A stretch of DNA of 64,000 nucleotides from Macrostomum lignano. Its lineage: Eukaryota. The stretch is taken from positions 1-64,000 of the forward strand of contig NIVC01003500.1 in the NCBI GenBank assembly GCA_002269645.1. The letters run 5' to 3'. How positions within the stretch are numbered: the stretch's first letter is position 1; each line of letters opens with the position of its first letter. A model generated the notes under the pieces. That model did not search any database. It worked only from the letters and a program-made list of their open reading frames with translations, and had not been told where the DNA came from. Position numbers and translations under genes: made by a program. Of the stretch, positions 49,367 through 61,866 are shown piece by piece.

Positions 49367-50044
49367 GTCTGTCTGTCAGCCTGTCTGTCTGTCTGTCTTA
49401 GTGTCTGTCTGTCTGCCTGTCTGCCTGTCTGTCTGTCTGTCTTAGTGTCTGTCTGTCTGCCTGTCTGTCCATCACAGAACCCACTGACCCTCGCAGGCCA
49501 GGAGCCGAGCCGCTGGGGCACAGGGCACGCCAACCTCGCGCCCTACCAGGCCTTCGATACCAGCGACCGCCGCCAACTCATCCTGGGCGCCGGCAACGAC
49601 CGCCAATTCGGCGTCCTCTGCCGCCGGCTCGGCGCTCCCCACCTAGCAACGGATCCTCGCTTCCTTAGCAACCGGCTGCGGGTTGCTAACCGGACGAGCC
49701 TGATCCCGCTGATTCAGGCCCTGGTGCGCGCCCGGCCGCTGGCGGATTGGCTGGCGACGCTGGAGGGCTCCGACCTGCCGTACGGCCCGGTGAACACTGT
49801 GGCGGAGGCCCTGGCCAGCCCGCCGGTGGCAGATCCGGCCAGTGGCCTGCTGGTCACCTGCGAACACCCGGCGGCCGGCCGGGTCACCGCTCCGGGTCCC
49901 GCTGTCCGTTTTGACGGCCGGCGCGGTGAAGTGACGCGGCCGCCGCCCAGGCTGGGTGAGCACACTGACGAGGTGCTCGGCGAGCTGCTGGACTGCGGCT
50001 GCGAGGAGCTGCTGGAGCTGCGGCGGGGGAAAGTGATCGCCTGA
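48160..50044 (+). CDS. SUGCT: Family III CoA-transferase (CaiB/BaiF), succinyl-CoA:glutarate CoA-transferase-like; 5' end uncertain
   Basis: Exons 48441-49131 and 49497-50044, plus a probable small first exon 48160-48213. Motifs [112 protein letters not shown]. Confidence 0.88.
48240..49470. repeat. Two opposed (GACA)n / (TGTC)n microsatellites in SUGCT introns
   Basis: (GACA)n at ~48240-48400 and (TCTG)n at ~49145-49470. Confidence 0.9.
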
Positions 50045-50274
50045 CTGCAGACTTCATTTGAGCTCTCCGATTTGCACTTTAACCTTTAATTTTCTAGTTC
50101 TGCTGCGGCAGAAGTCAAATAGCGATGGTAATAAAATTATCTAGGATAAGATGTTTCATTCTAAACATATTTAATGCCTACAGAATACGTTTTTACGCTT
50201 TTATGTTTCAATAATAGTATACTTTTTCGCTCATTTTGATCGACAAAAGCAATATAGTTATACAGTAGTCCTAT

Positions 50275-50985
50275 GTTTAAGATTGGCTAGATTAGCAATC
50301 CATTCTATTCCAATTAATTACTATAGTGTTGGCTAGATTAGCAATCCATTCTATTCCAATTCATTACTATAGTGTTGGCTAGATTAGCAATCCATTCTAT
50401 TCCAATTCATTACTATAGTGTTGGCTAGATTAGCAATCCATTCTATTCCAATTCATTATTATAGTGTTGGCTAGATTAGCAATCCATTCTATTCCAATTA
50501 ATTACTATAGTGTTGGCTAGATTAGCAATCCATTCTATTCCAATTCATTACTATAGTGTTGGCTAGATTAGCAATCCATTCTATTCCAGTTCATTACTAT
50601 AGTGTTGGCTAGATTAGCAATCCATTCTATTCCAATGCATTACTATAGTGTTGGCTAGATTAGCAATCCATTATATTCCAATTCATTACTATAGTGTTGG
50701 CTAGATTAGCAATCCATTCTATTCCAATTCATTACTATAGTGTTGGCTAGATTAGCAATCCATTCTATTCCAATTCATTACTATAGTGTTGGCTAGATTA
50801 GCAATCCATTCTATTCCAATGCATTACTATAGTGTTGGCTAGATTAGCAATCCATTCTATTCCAATGCATTACTATAGTGTTGGCTAGATTAGCAATCCA
50901 TTCTATTCCAATTCATTACTATAGTGTTGGCTAGATTAGCAATCCATTCTATTCCAATTCATTGCTATATTGTTGGCTAGATTAG
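50275..50985. repeat. Minisatellite, 46 bp x ~15
   Basis: TTGGCTAGATTAGCAATCCATTCTATTCCAATTCATTACTATAGTG units. Confidence 0.95.
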
Positions 50986-52079
50986 CAATCCATCACAGCT
51001 TGCATTAATCTGTAGTCAGACCAGTGCAACTCGTGACCTTAGCTTTATCGGTCTCTGCAAAGCGAGTTTTTTATTGGAGTCCCTCACGAAATTCTGTGGC
51101 GATCACTTTGCGGATGAAGTTCGTCTGGGCCGGCGCACGCAGCCTCTGCGCTGCATCTTCTTAACCGCTTTTATCCCGCCGCAGTTGCCGCCACTGCGCC
51201 AGCGGCCGATTCTTTGCGACAGACTTTTTCCACTTTCCCTTCTGCGGCCAGCCTGGCCCGTGACTGCCGGCCATCAATCCGCTGCCTCACAGGGGGCCGG
51301 AGCGGAAACCGCGGATCCGGGATGCGGGGCTGCCAGCGGAGGGCTGCGTCTGTTTATTTCTTCTGATTTTCTTCGCTGCTCTCGGGATTTTTTATGCGCC
51401 GCGCAAGTTCCTAGCGGCTGCAGGCTGGCTCGAGAAATAATCTGCTATAATTATTGTACTCATACTTTTGAGCAGAGCTCGCTTGAGCGAGGTCACTCAG
51501 GTTGCTACAGTGGTTGACAAAATTATCACCGCTTTAATGAGTTCAATGGGGACGGAAATCTGGTCTGCTTAAACCCCATCCCTCGGGGCACAGGGTTATC
51601 AATGTACAGTGAGTCCGTGCTCATGCATACCCGAGTGCTCAGAGTCGACCCGCAGCTTGACAAGCTGGTTGAGGCCGGGATTTCCAATCAGAACTTTGAT
51701 TGACGCGTTGAAATATCTGGTGGTGTACTTGTTGCCGGGCGGACTTATTGCGATTGTGAAGCAAAATGAACTACATTTATTGCTCACAAGTGGAACTGCT
51801 GGCTTTATGACATGTTTATGCAAGAAGGTATTAAGCTAAGTGCAACATGCTGCCTCTATACTTTGCTTTTATTGCTTTCATTCTCGTCTGTTTCCTCCGT
51901 TTTTTGCTTTGGAACCCAGCGAGACTTTGCGATGTCTGGCGTCACTAGGGTCTTCTGGTTCTCTGAGAATTATTGATTCTGGTAGAATTTATAGAAACTA
52001 TTCATAACATTCATTTGATCCTTAAAACTCGTTTGGTGCTCTGGTTTCACCCATTCTCCGCCTCTACTGTCTTTATCTC

Positions 52080-52550
52080 TCACACTCTACTCTCCCTTAT
52101 CTCACTCCCTCTACTATTCCTTATGTCACTCCCTCTGCTCTCCCTTATGTCACTCCCTCTGCTCTCCCTTATGTCACTCCCTCTCCTCTCCCTTCCCTTA
52201 TGTCACTCCCTCTGCTCTCCCTTATGTCACTCCCTCTGCTCTCCCTTATGTCACTCCCTCTGCTCTCCCTTATGTCACTCCCTCTGCTCTCCCTTATGTC
52301 ACTCCCTCTGCTCTCCCTTATGCCACTCCCTCTGCTCTCCCTTATGTCACTCCCTCTGCTCTCCCTTATGTCACTCCCTCTGCTCTCCCTTATGTCACTC
52401 CCTCTCCTCTCCCTTCCCTTATGTCACTCCCTCTGCTCTCCCTTATGTCACTCCCTCTGCTCTCCCTTATGTCACTCCCTCTGCTCTCCCTTATGCCACT
52501 CCCTCTAATATTCCTTATCTCACTCCCTCTATTATTCCTTATCTCACCCC
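52080..52550. repeat. Minisatellite, 24 bp
   Basis: CTCCCTTATGTCACTCCCTCTGCT units. Confidence 0.9.
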
Positions 52551-53932
52551 CTCTACTATCTTATGTTACCGTGGCGCTGGAGACCCCATTGGGCGGCGTC
52601 AACCCTCCGTCTATAGCGACGCGTCGGCCGTTTAGGGATAAGCGGATCGGGGCGCCCACGCCTTCCTGCCATGCAGCTTGAAGTCAAAGTAAGTCAAGCA
52701 TGGTATACCGTGGCCTTAGCGCCAGTTTCAGCCTGTATTTTGTGTTGACTTTGTCCGTGCGTGGGGGAATTGCGATATTGAACTTATTGCCGCTGACGCT
52801 GAGTTTATAGCAGAGCTCTCCCTTTCAATCCTAAACTCTCAATTATCTTTATTTCTCCCACTCTATATCTTTCTCATCACTGCGCTTGTGTCTATCTATT
52901 GGTCTCTCATGCACACAAAAGTATCTTTAGACCTCGAGTTGGGAACTTCAGAAAAGCTCCGTGAAGTTGAGCAACTATTGAACCCTGCGATAGGCATAAT
53001 CTGGGCCGCAGTCTGCCGGTGCACGCGAGCATACTGCTGCAAATTGTTGCGCTTTCCAGAGTGACAGCGGCTCACTGTATAATAGGCCAAAGGCAAGGCA
53101 AGTGGCTACATGCTTTCCCCGCCTGCAGGCTTCTCCTGGTCAAAGCCTGCGGGCTCGCGAGTCTGCCTTGGAAAAAAGAAAGGAACTGGGAGAAGCTTTG
53201 AATTCTCTCTGCTTTTGTAACTGAAACTTTAGGACTGCAAAAGCTAAATTCAAGAGTCAGGTCGTCTCCTGGCAACACAGGTGAGCTACACCTTTATTCC
53301 CTTTGCCGAGTGGGAACTCCTCCCATGGTGCAAGCAGGTGTTCTTTGTTTTCAACTTCAAAGATAAGGGCCTAGCCCAAGATTCAGGACAGCAGCAGTAA
53401 GTCAGGCAGCCTGCTGCTTAGTGTTACAGTTTCTCATGTGCTAGTGCACAGTTCATGCATCCCAGTCTGTACGACATCTTCGTAATGCATTCGCGAACTT
53501 ATAAGCTTGCGAGTAGTTAGTCTCGCATCAAAACCGTACTTGTAGTGGCTTCAGTGTCACCTTTTTTCAATTCATACATGCAACCAAAACACACCGACAA
53601 ACTGAAGCCACTTCATATAATAAGGATTAAATATGCATTAGAGCATTAATCCGGTTATTAACCAAGCCAAGACATAGGCACAGCCTCTGAGCCCCATCAG
53701 CGCCGCGATTCGCCAGAACCGCGACCGCCAATGCCCAGTCACTTGGTCTCCAGGAGAGGCCTGCGCGCACCAACTACTGATGCTCTCCTGTCACAGATCC
53801 GTGCAGACAAAAAGCATCGGCTGCTATAGAAATTTTGCGCTTCTATCGCAATTTCTCAAAATCGATTTGAGCAGAGGCCAACCGACAACCATCAGCACTT
53901 CGTCCAATTTTCCACTGCGAAGTGAAGACCTG

Positions 53933-54430
53933 ATGCGGCTGTGCAGAGTGGTTTTCAGCAGCGAGTGCCTGCTGTGCGCGCTGCTCGTTGCTGCGCTCGC
54001 CTCGTGCGGCAGCTGCAGAGGTCAGCAAGAGGTCAAGGCCGCCGTAGACGGAGAGGCTTCGCACAGCCAAGAGCATGGTGGGCTCCAAGAGAAGCGGTTC
54101 AACGGCGGAATGTTCGGCAAGCGGTTCAACGGCGGAATGTTCGGCAAGCGGTTCAACGGCGGAATGTTCGGCAAGCGGTTCAACGGCGGAATGTTCGGCA
54201 AGCGGTTCAACGGCGGAATGTTCGGCAAGCGGTTCAACGGCGGAATGTTCGGCAAGCGATTCAACGGCGGAATGTTCGGCAAGCGGTTCAACGGCGGAAT
54301 GTTCGGCAAGCGGTTCAATGGAGGAATGTTCGGCAAGCGGTTCAACGGTGGAATGTTCGGCAAACGCTTTAATGGAGGAATGTTCGGCAAGCGGTTCAAC
54401 GGCGAAATGTTCGGCAAGCGTTCAAGATAA
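53933..54430 (+). CDS. Neuropeptide precursor, 165 aa: signal peptide + 11 x FNGGMFamide + 1 x FNGEMFamide
   Basis: ATG 53933, hydrophobic MRLCRVVFSSECLLCALLVAALASCG, acidic spacer, then 12 units of KR-FNG(G/E)MF-G-KR (dibasic cleavage sites, Gly amide donor). Confidence 0.9.
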   Translation: MRLCRVVFSSECLLCALLVAALASCGSCRGQQEVKAAVDGEASHSQEHGGLQEKRFNGGMFGKRFNGGMFGKRFNGGMFGKRFNGGMFGKRFNGGMFGKRFNGGMFGKRFNGGMFGKRFNGGMFGKRFNGGMFGKRFNGGMFGKRFNGGMFGKRFNGEMFGKRSR

Positions 54431-56671
54431 AGAGTTTGCCGGACGCCTCCGACGGCTCCAGTCTGTCCGAGCTGGTTGCGCAGCACCGGTCGATGTAACT
54501 AAGAGCAAAGTACCGAAAGTTCAAGCAAAATTGGAAAAAAATGAAACTGTCTGTCACATTGCAACCTAAATAGCCCCCCCCCCCCAACTGCTAAGCCATG
54601 TGAAACAAGTTGCGCAGGTCAGTTTCGGCTCACCTTCACGCCTCGATGGTCAAAATTTTGCCAACCCGAGGCTCTGCGAATCCACACTATCGAACAGCTC
54701 GAGTTTGTCTTTAATTATTTTTTGAACTAAGTGAGCTCGTGGATGCAAAGCAATCAAGTTTAGGCATTTCCAATAACGTTCGATTACTTTCTCAAAGACC
54801 TTGCGTTCGGCACTGATTGCTGCAGACTACCAAAGTCAAACCTGCTCTTGTCTTTTAAACGTTATCAAAGGAATTATTTAGTAGCCCTGCTAATTGCTCC
54901 AACTTCCACTGTCACTCATTAGCAGCCCGATGGACTCATGCAGGGATAAAAAGACAGAAAATGCCCGGATAACTGCGCGTCGAAAGCTCGCGAGACCATT
55001 GCCGCATCCATAGTTTTGGGGCTTCCTTAGCCGGTCGATGCGAGAGGAGCTCCGACCTCACAGCTTTTCTTTGAGTGCAGCTTTTCTCTCTCTAATCTAC
55101 TTCGCCCTCACGTTTCAGAACGGCTGGTCCCATGGGGGTGGGGTTGGGCACTCAGATCTGATCATGGAGCGACTGCATACTCGCTTGGCCAAGGCCCAAC
55201 CAACCGTATTAGCCACATGCACATGCAGCATTGTTTTAGCTAACTTCTGCGTGATAAAATGGCGCTTGTTGGTTGATTAATAAGCATGAGAGATGTCAGA
55301 GCTCCAGACAGACGCGTAAGATCCATCCGGGATGAAATAGATTAGGACGCTAAAAATGTCTGCACTTTTTGCTGTGCCATGACAACTGGCGTTTCTTATG
55401 GAACCATTCCAAGTGGCTAGGTGGCAGATTCCCCGAGGTAGATAAGTGCCAGATTCCCAAAGTAAATATAATCAGCAACAGTCAAAATTTCCACCCTCCA
55501 AGCGAGATGAAAACGAGATGAAAGAGTGCGCAGCTGTAGCTGTTCTTTCGGTTGACTAACAGCATCGGTTTGGTGTGGCGGCACGTTGTCATCCTGGACC
55601 ATTAAGCAGACCCAAACCACCTCCAAGCGGCAATAAGCTTTGCGCGTGCCGTAAGTTGCGTCACTCGCGATAAGTGAAAAAATCATCTCGCTTAGTGGGT
55701 GGAACCTTTTGACTGTTGCTGAGTATTAGTGGCAGATTCTCTATGCAGACAAGTGGCAGATTCACATTGCCACTAACAGGACAAGGCAGTGAGGCCACAA
55801 TTCTGTCTGCAATTGGGACCAGGTGTCTCGGAAACAAACCGAAAGCCAAGGAGTTGCGACTCAAACTAATCTGATTAATCGATAAAAGCATCGAAGCAGA
55901 GCGATCCAAATCGGTTCTTGGCACCTCTTTCAGGCGTCTTTCATTATCTTTGAAAGCTCAGGAAACCGACAACCAGCTGAGACCGGGAGCGAAGGAAAGG
56001 CGCAGCACTCGAGCTTCTGTTGAATTAAGCAACAAAATCTCGAAAACACCGCAGGCTGTTTGATGAGGCAGTTACAACAGGTGCCGAGTGAAACTGTAAT
56101 AGACTTGAAAATGCAACGCGTTTATTATTAAATTGTATTTATAATGACAGCGCTGTCTGATTGAAAATCAATAACAAAAAACGAGACTCGCGAGAGCTGT
56201 TGACAAGGTCAGTGAAACCGTTTAATCCATACTGATGAATCTGCTAAATATCAAGAGCGAAAAAACAGAAAACGCGCAATACTCTACTTATAGACAAAAA
56301 ATAGCTAGCTACATCTGTTTTACACTGTTAATCAAATAAACCAATTGGAATCGCGGACCTCTGGAGAGCTTCCCTGGACTGGACTGGGAAGGGAGCCGAA
56401 ATACAAGCAAAGCGGAAGGGCAAGGAAACCACGCCGAATTGAACCTGGGACGCACTCAAACAGGGTCCAAAAGCTAGTGGAATCGAACCTAGGACGCACT
56501 CAGACAGGGTCCAAAAGCTTGCAGAATCGAACCTAGGACGCACTCAGACAGGGTGCAAAAGCGAGCGGAATCGAACCCCGGAACCATGTCATGATATTTC
56601 TAAATTCATTACAGAAAGCCCCCAGTCCAGTCCAGGCAGATTCCAAGGGTCCATGATTCGAAGCCTCCTGC

Positions 56672-58052
56672 TCAGACCTGGGTGACCCGGCAGCCGCGCT
56701 GCGGTCCCTGCGAGATGCTCCTGGAATTCCTGGAATACTGAGCACGCATGCCGCGACCCACCGCCATCCTGACGCTGTCCGACTCGCCCAGCTGGTCGCC
56801 ATCGCCGGCGTCGAACGCCGGGTTGTCATGGCAACGGTTGCTAGCGTCCTGGGACTCCTGGTGCTCCAACGAGCAGGGATAATCTGAGGACTCGACAATG
56901 GCCATGCGGCCGAGGCTGATGGTGGCCACGGCGAGCTCGTAAGGCGGGGGCGGCGGCTGCTGTTGAAGCCAGGAGCGATGAAGCTGCTCGGCCGAGAGCC
57001 TGGAGCCCAGCTTCCACTGCTCTGGCTGGGCAGCGGCGGCGCTGGCCGTCACGCAGTCCGCGTAGCTTGGCGGCGGCTCCGAGCGATGGCGGCGCCGAAT
57101 TTGGCGCCGTTTCAATCGGCGCCGCCTGGCGCAGACTCCGATGAAGACAACGGCCGTGGCAGTTGCCATGGCAACTAGGAGAGTGGGCAGGATGACGCCG
57201 AGCAGTACAGAGTTGCTGCTGGAGCCGGCGGTGTCGGTCGGGTTGCCAGAGTCTTTCTGGCTGTCCAGCTGCAGGTACAGCACGGTGCCGCCGGTGCCAC
57301 AGTACAGCAGCTGCGGGTTCGGGTGGTGCGGGGGGGGCTTTGTGTCCACTAGGATGGACAAAATGTGTCTTAATTGGAAGCTTTGTATCCACTAGGATGG
57401 ACAAAATGTGTCTTAATTGGAAGCTTTGTGTCCACTAGGATGGACAAAATGAGTCTTAATTCAATTGGAAACTTGGAGACAAAGACAAAGACCCAATAAC
57501 AAAGCGTTCCCTTACAACGCAGATTGGGTCTTATTAACTGTTTTCCACTCTCTCAAATCTCCCAGGGCACTAAAAACAGGGACACACAGCCAAGCCTGTC
57601 ACCACCTGCAGAAAGTCAGTCTCGCCCAGCGACAGGCCTGCTGGATTGCTGGCTGGCGGCGGCTCCAGCAGGGCGCCGCTCTCGTGCCTGCCGGTGGCCA
57701 CCACGAGGGTGTTGCAGTGCGGCTGCTTGGGCAGGCACAGCCACCGGTACAGGTCGATGTAGCAGGCGGAGGCGGGGCTGGGGTGGCCCAGGGTTCGCCG
57801 CCAGGCTAGCACGCGGCGGGCGGCTCCGGGCAGGACGGTGAGGCCGCACTGGCTGACCGGCGGCTCCCAGGTGACGCTGGCCCAGTCGAGGCCCTCTAGA
57901 GACAGGGTCTGGCCGCAGGTGCGCAGCATGTAGTCCCGGCCGAGGCCGGAGGGAGCAGCCGAGGCGGCGGCCACCTGCTGGGACCAGCGGGACGCCAGGT
58001 CAGCTGCGAGCAGCAGCAGCAGCAACTGCAGGGCAGCCGCCGATGCGCGCAT
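56672..58052 (-). CDS. Type I single-pass membrane protein with small Cys/beta ectodomain and two cytosolic PPxY motifs
   Basis: Exon 1 58052-57606 (alternative upstream ATGs to ~58094), exon 2 57310-56672, phase 0 GT-AG. Signal peptide MRASAAALQLLLLLLAADLA; TM VLLGVILPTLLVAMATATAVVFIGVC followed by RRRR; EPPPSY and PPPPPY; DNPAF. Confidence 0.75.
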
Positions 58053-61002
58053 GCCGATTGCCATGGCAGCGGCCGCCGCCACCTCCGGGGACATTGGCAG
58101 GGAGGCCGCGGGCTGCGAGGTTGAGAAGAGCAGCGAAACACCAGATGGAGGTGAAGGCATTTTGCCGACTGCCGTGGCTGCAGTTGAAGGTTGAAATAAG
58201 CTGCAGTGCTCTATTTAAAGTAGTCTACTAGTGCTGCACGAATGCTATGCTATTGCCAAATTGATGGCATTGCTATAGGGTGTCCATTAGCCCCTACACT
58301 TGCTGATCATTGCATGTAGACTCATCTAAATAGAGCATAAGCTCAGATTACTATGATCAGTGCCATGTCTATTCATTCTCTCCTTCAATTTTATATTTAT
58401 ACTTGTTTTAAAACTGTTTTGACCTGTTTTTGGGCTATAAATAGGCCTAAAACTTGTTTTCTTAAATATACTGGTGTGTTAATATCATTTGGATTGAATT
58501 GAGACTGACAATGTCTATGATAAACAAAATGCATTGGCAACAAATAAAATTTTAATAGGGGGGCTATATATACTTCTACTGGTATTTCTTTTTTTTATTT
58601 GTTAGATGTAAGATAAGTTACATTCCCATTTTAACTAAATTATTATGTTTAGTAATAATGTCTATTTGTCTATGTCTAATGTCTATGCCATAATTTACCT
58701 ATGAGTATGAGGCTATGACTTTATGATAAAGATTGAAATGAATAATAAGGCAATATCTTTTTACAATAATAATTAGCTTTTTTATTATATTAATATAGTA
58801 GTAGACTTCATAAATATTTGTTTACTTCCATAGTCCAGATCATGGCAGGCATATACCAGAATGAAAACTCATGTGTTTTTAATTTTACACTAACACTAAT
58901 GTTTGAAAAACATTAATTAAACACTAAACATTAAAAACATTAAACATTAAAACTTGCAAGCATTGATCTTGTTGGCTGCTGCATAGAATATCAGGCAATG
59001 TCTATCTAAAACATGTATTGGAAAACTTTGACCTCTGCCTCTCTTATGTTTCTTAGATCTTTCGAAACTTCTATCTTCTCTTCTGTTTCCTTTTTTTCTC
59101 TTATCTTTTGTCTCTCCTATCATCTCTCTTCTCTTCTTTCTCCCCTTTTTTCTTCTCTTCCCAACCTCTCTTCTCTCTTGTCTTTGCTCTCTCATCTCTT
59201 TCAATGTAAAATTAAAAAAAATTACACTAAGCCCAGAGTTGCTTGTATACCATTTTTTTAAAGAACTGTAAGAGACACTATTTTGCCTATCATTTTTACG
59301 TACACTAAATATGACTATTTTTCTAAATTGCTAAAAACATCTCTGTGCCTGCATAAATAAATATTTTATACCATTAATAGTAAATTTTAGTATTGATTAG
59401 CAGCCTACAATATAATCTAGCGTTTTTATTAGTTTAAATGCGTACGCCATATTGATTATGTTTTATATATAAGCGAGAGAATAAATTGCCTTCGCCAGCC
59501 TGGCTATAATTAAGGCTTTTCTTTGTGGTTGTACCCAAACATTGTTCTAAAAATAGACTTGTCTTAGTCATTTAAAGGCACTCCGCCTTCCCTCTCTTGT
59601 GAGGCTTGTATAGCTAGAAGTGTTCAACACTTCCTTTCCCCCCATTCCCCACTCCCTGGGATGTTCAGTCCTACCCCGAGTGATTGCCTCCCCCCTTTCC
59701 CAGCAGAACTGGTGCCCACCTCTTTTGCCCCTCCCCCCTTTTAGTGGACAGTCTGTCTGCTCAGGTGTACAGCCTTATTCCCTCAGATGTATAGTCTGCC
59801 CTAACATCCCCGCTCTTGACCCTTCCTAGTAGAAATCTCCCATATTCATTAGGTGGATTGCCTTCTTACCATATTCTATATTAGATGGTCAGTCTACTTG
59901 AGCCAGCATTCCCTATTAGTGTTTAGAAATTCCCCATTAGTGCACTTTCCTAGGCAACTCTGATCTACTGCAAAGCCTTTAATTCCCTTCTCCCATCTAT
60001 ATTTCCCAGATTGAGAAGGAAATTGTGTCTTGCCACTTGAACACACCCATGCTCCAGGAATACTCCTTTCAATAGGCTATTCCAAACAATTCCTCCCAAA
60101 TCCCCCAGTCCCGATTTAATTTTCCAACCCTTAGTATAGTTTTGGTGATTCCCAGTGAATAGTAAAAAACCCCTGTAACAGTTTTGGTGATTCCCAGTGA
60201 ACAGTAAAAGACCACTGTAACAGTTTTAGTTGCAGGGAAGACAAGTAGAAGGTGTTCTATGACAGAACATATACCATGGCAGTATTTTGCTAAAAACAGA
60301 TATTCTTTGTTTCAATTTTGTTTTTCTTATAAATTTTGTTAATATTTTTTATTATAGTTTCTAATTAGTTTTTAAAGAGCTTTTTTGGTTGAAATTTAAT
60401 AACACAATTACATTAGCCCTGACATTGCCATTTTTATATATGCTAACTATGTATACTTCATATTGAACCTGAAAATTCTATACGCCAAGTGTATACCAAG
60501 ATTGTCAGCAAGAGCAAAAATATGCCAGAATTTTTTTGTATAAAGCCCACCTTCTATATTATGGGTTAACTTCTTATAATAGGGCCTATTTCTTAGAAAA
60601 ACTTCATTTAGATTTATATAAAACATTTTTCTATTTTGGTTAGGCCTAGCTATAATAAATTGTAAAAATATTTAACAAATAATATTTGTTATTATCACAT
60701 TTTAATAGTATAGATAGAAGGCTAAAAGGGCCAAGAAAATCAACTTGCCAACTCACTACTTGCTCAAGTAATCAAGAACAACAAAACAGCCTTTATACTC
60801 TAGAAACATGAAAAGCAAATGAGGCATGCAAAAATAAATAGAAAACAAGAATAGAATATCGGCTGGTTTTAATTTAACCAGCCAATAGGCCTACCCAAGA
60901 CTGAGAGAAAGATTCCCTTAAAGGATAAAGGAGAAGGATAGAAAATGCCATCATTAGTTGGCATTACTTAGGCTAGAAATTAGGCCTAGGCTAGATATGC
61001 TG

Positions 61003-61866
61003 CAGTGTTGGGCACCAGTCCGTTAATAAGCGTTAATAAGCGTTAAGATTTTTCATTAACGTTAACGGACTGTCGTTAAGATTTTTTGAACTAACGGATT
61101 AACGAATTTGCGTTAAAAATTTTGTGAATTAACGATAAATTCATCGTTAACGGTAGTGTCTATGTCAATGACCAAAGACGCAAAGAAGGAACGAAAAATA
61201 GAAGTCTTACAAGAAGTTTAAACATTACGAACGTATTTGAGCTACCTATATGCCTAAATATAATCTCTTTATTTATGACGATGATCATACAGACTTAAGT
61301 TGTAATTAACAACTTCTTACAAATAAACTTTAAAATAATGAATTAAAATAGTGTGAAACTTCATTTCTTGCGCGTGAGCATCGATCGCTTTGATTCACTT
61401 CTGTCCCTATCTTTCGAAACTTTCTGCTGCGCCTGCTAATGGTTACTGAAACAACCTTCCTATGCGTATTTAATTATGAATTTCTCGCTATTAGCTTTTA
61501 AGTTTCAAATAAAATAAGTTACTTTTTTTACCATATGCTTTACTTTTAGTAGTATTATGCATGCAAGTTTTTAAAATGATTATTTATTACTCTTTTAGCT
61601 TTCAAATTGCTTTGATGACCTCTGTGTTTCGCTAAAAAGATGGAATAGCAAAGACGTTCAATACGAAGTCTGTTTTGGAAAAAACGTGCAAGATTTCCGT
61701 ATTTTCTGTGTTAACTTTAACGGATTAACGCTTATTAACGATTATCAGTTAACTTTCAGTTAACTTAACGAAATTAGGAGTTAAAAAGTTAAGATTTTTT
61801 TGTTTTAACGCTAACGCTTTTGCTATTAACAGAAGTTAAGATTTTCATTAACGGTGCCCAACACTG
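61003..61866. mobile_element. hAT-type MITE, TIR CAGTGTTGGGCACC, 8-bp TSD ATATGCTG
   Basis: Perfect TSD at 60995-61002 and 61867-61874; subterminal TTAACG repeats. Confidence 0.88.

Noticed and set aside
51074-51839. GC-rich ORFs and possible orphan exons
   Set aside because: No recognisable domain or consistent exon chain could be built.
80-52681. Numerous long ORF-track entries with periodic sequence (e.g. 8195-8851, 28356-29102, 43695-44842, 45612-46692, 51973-52681)
   Set aside because: They are stop-free readings of minisatellites, mostly intronic.
54094-54420. Assigning the neuropeptide to NG-peptide/NPS or tachykinin families
   Set aside because: Similarity is 2-3 residues, there is no neurophysin domain, and receptor data would be required.
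59580-60200. Purine/pyrimidine-skewed stretch as a decayed retroelement ORF
   Set aside because: No protein motif recoverable by eye.
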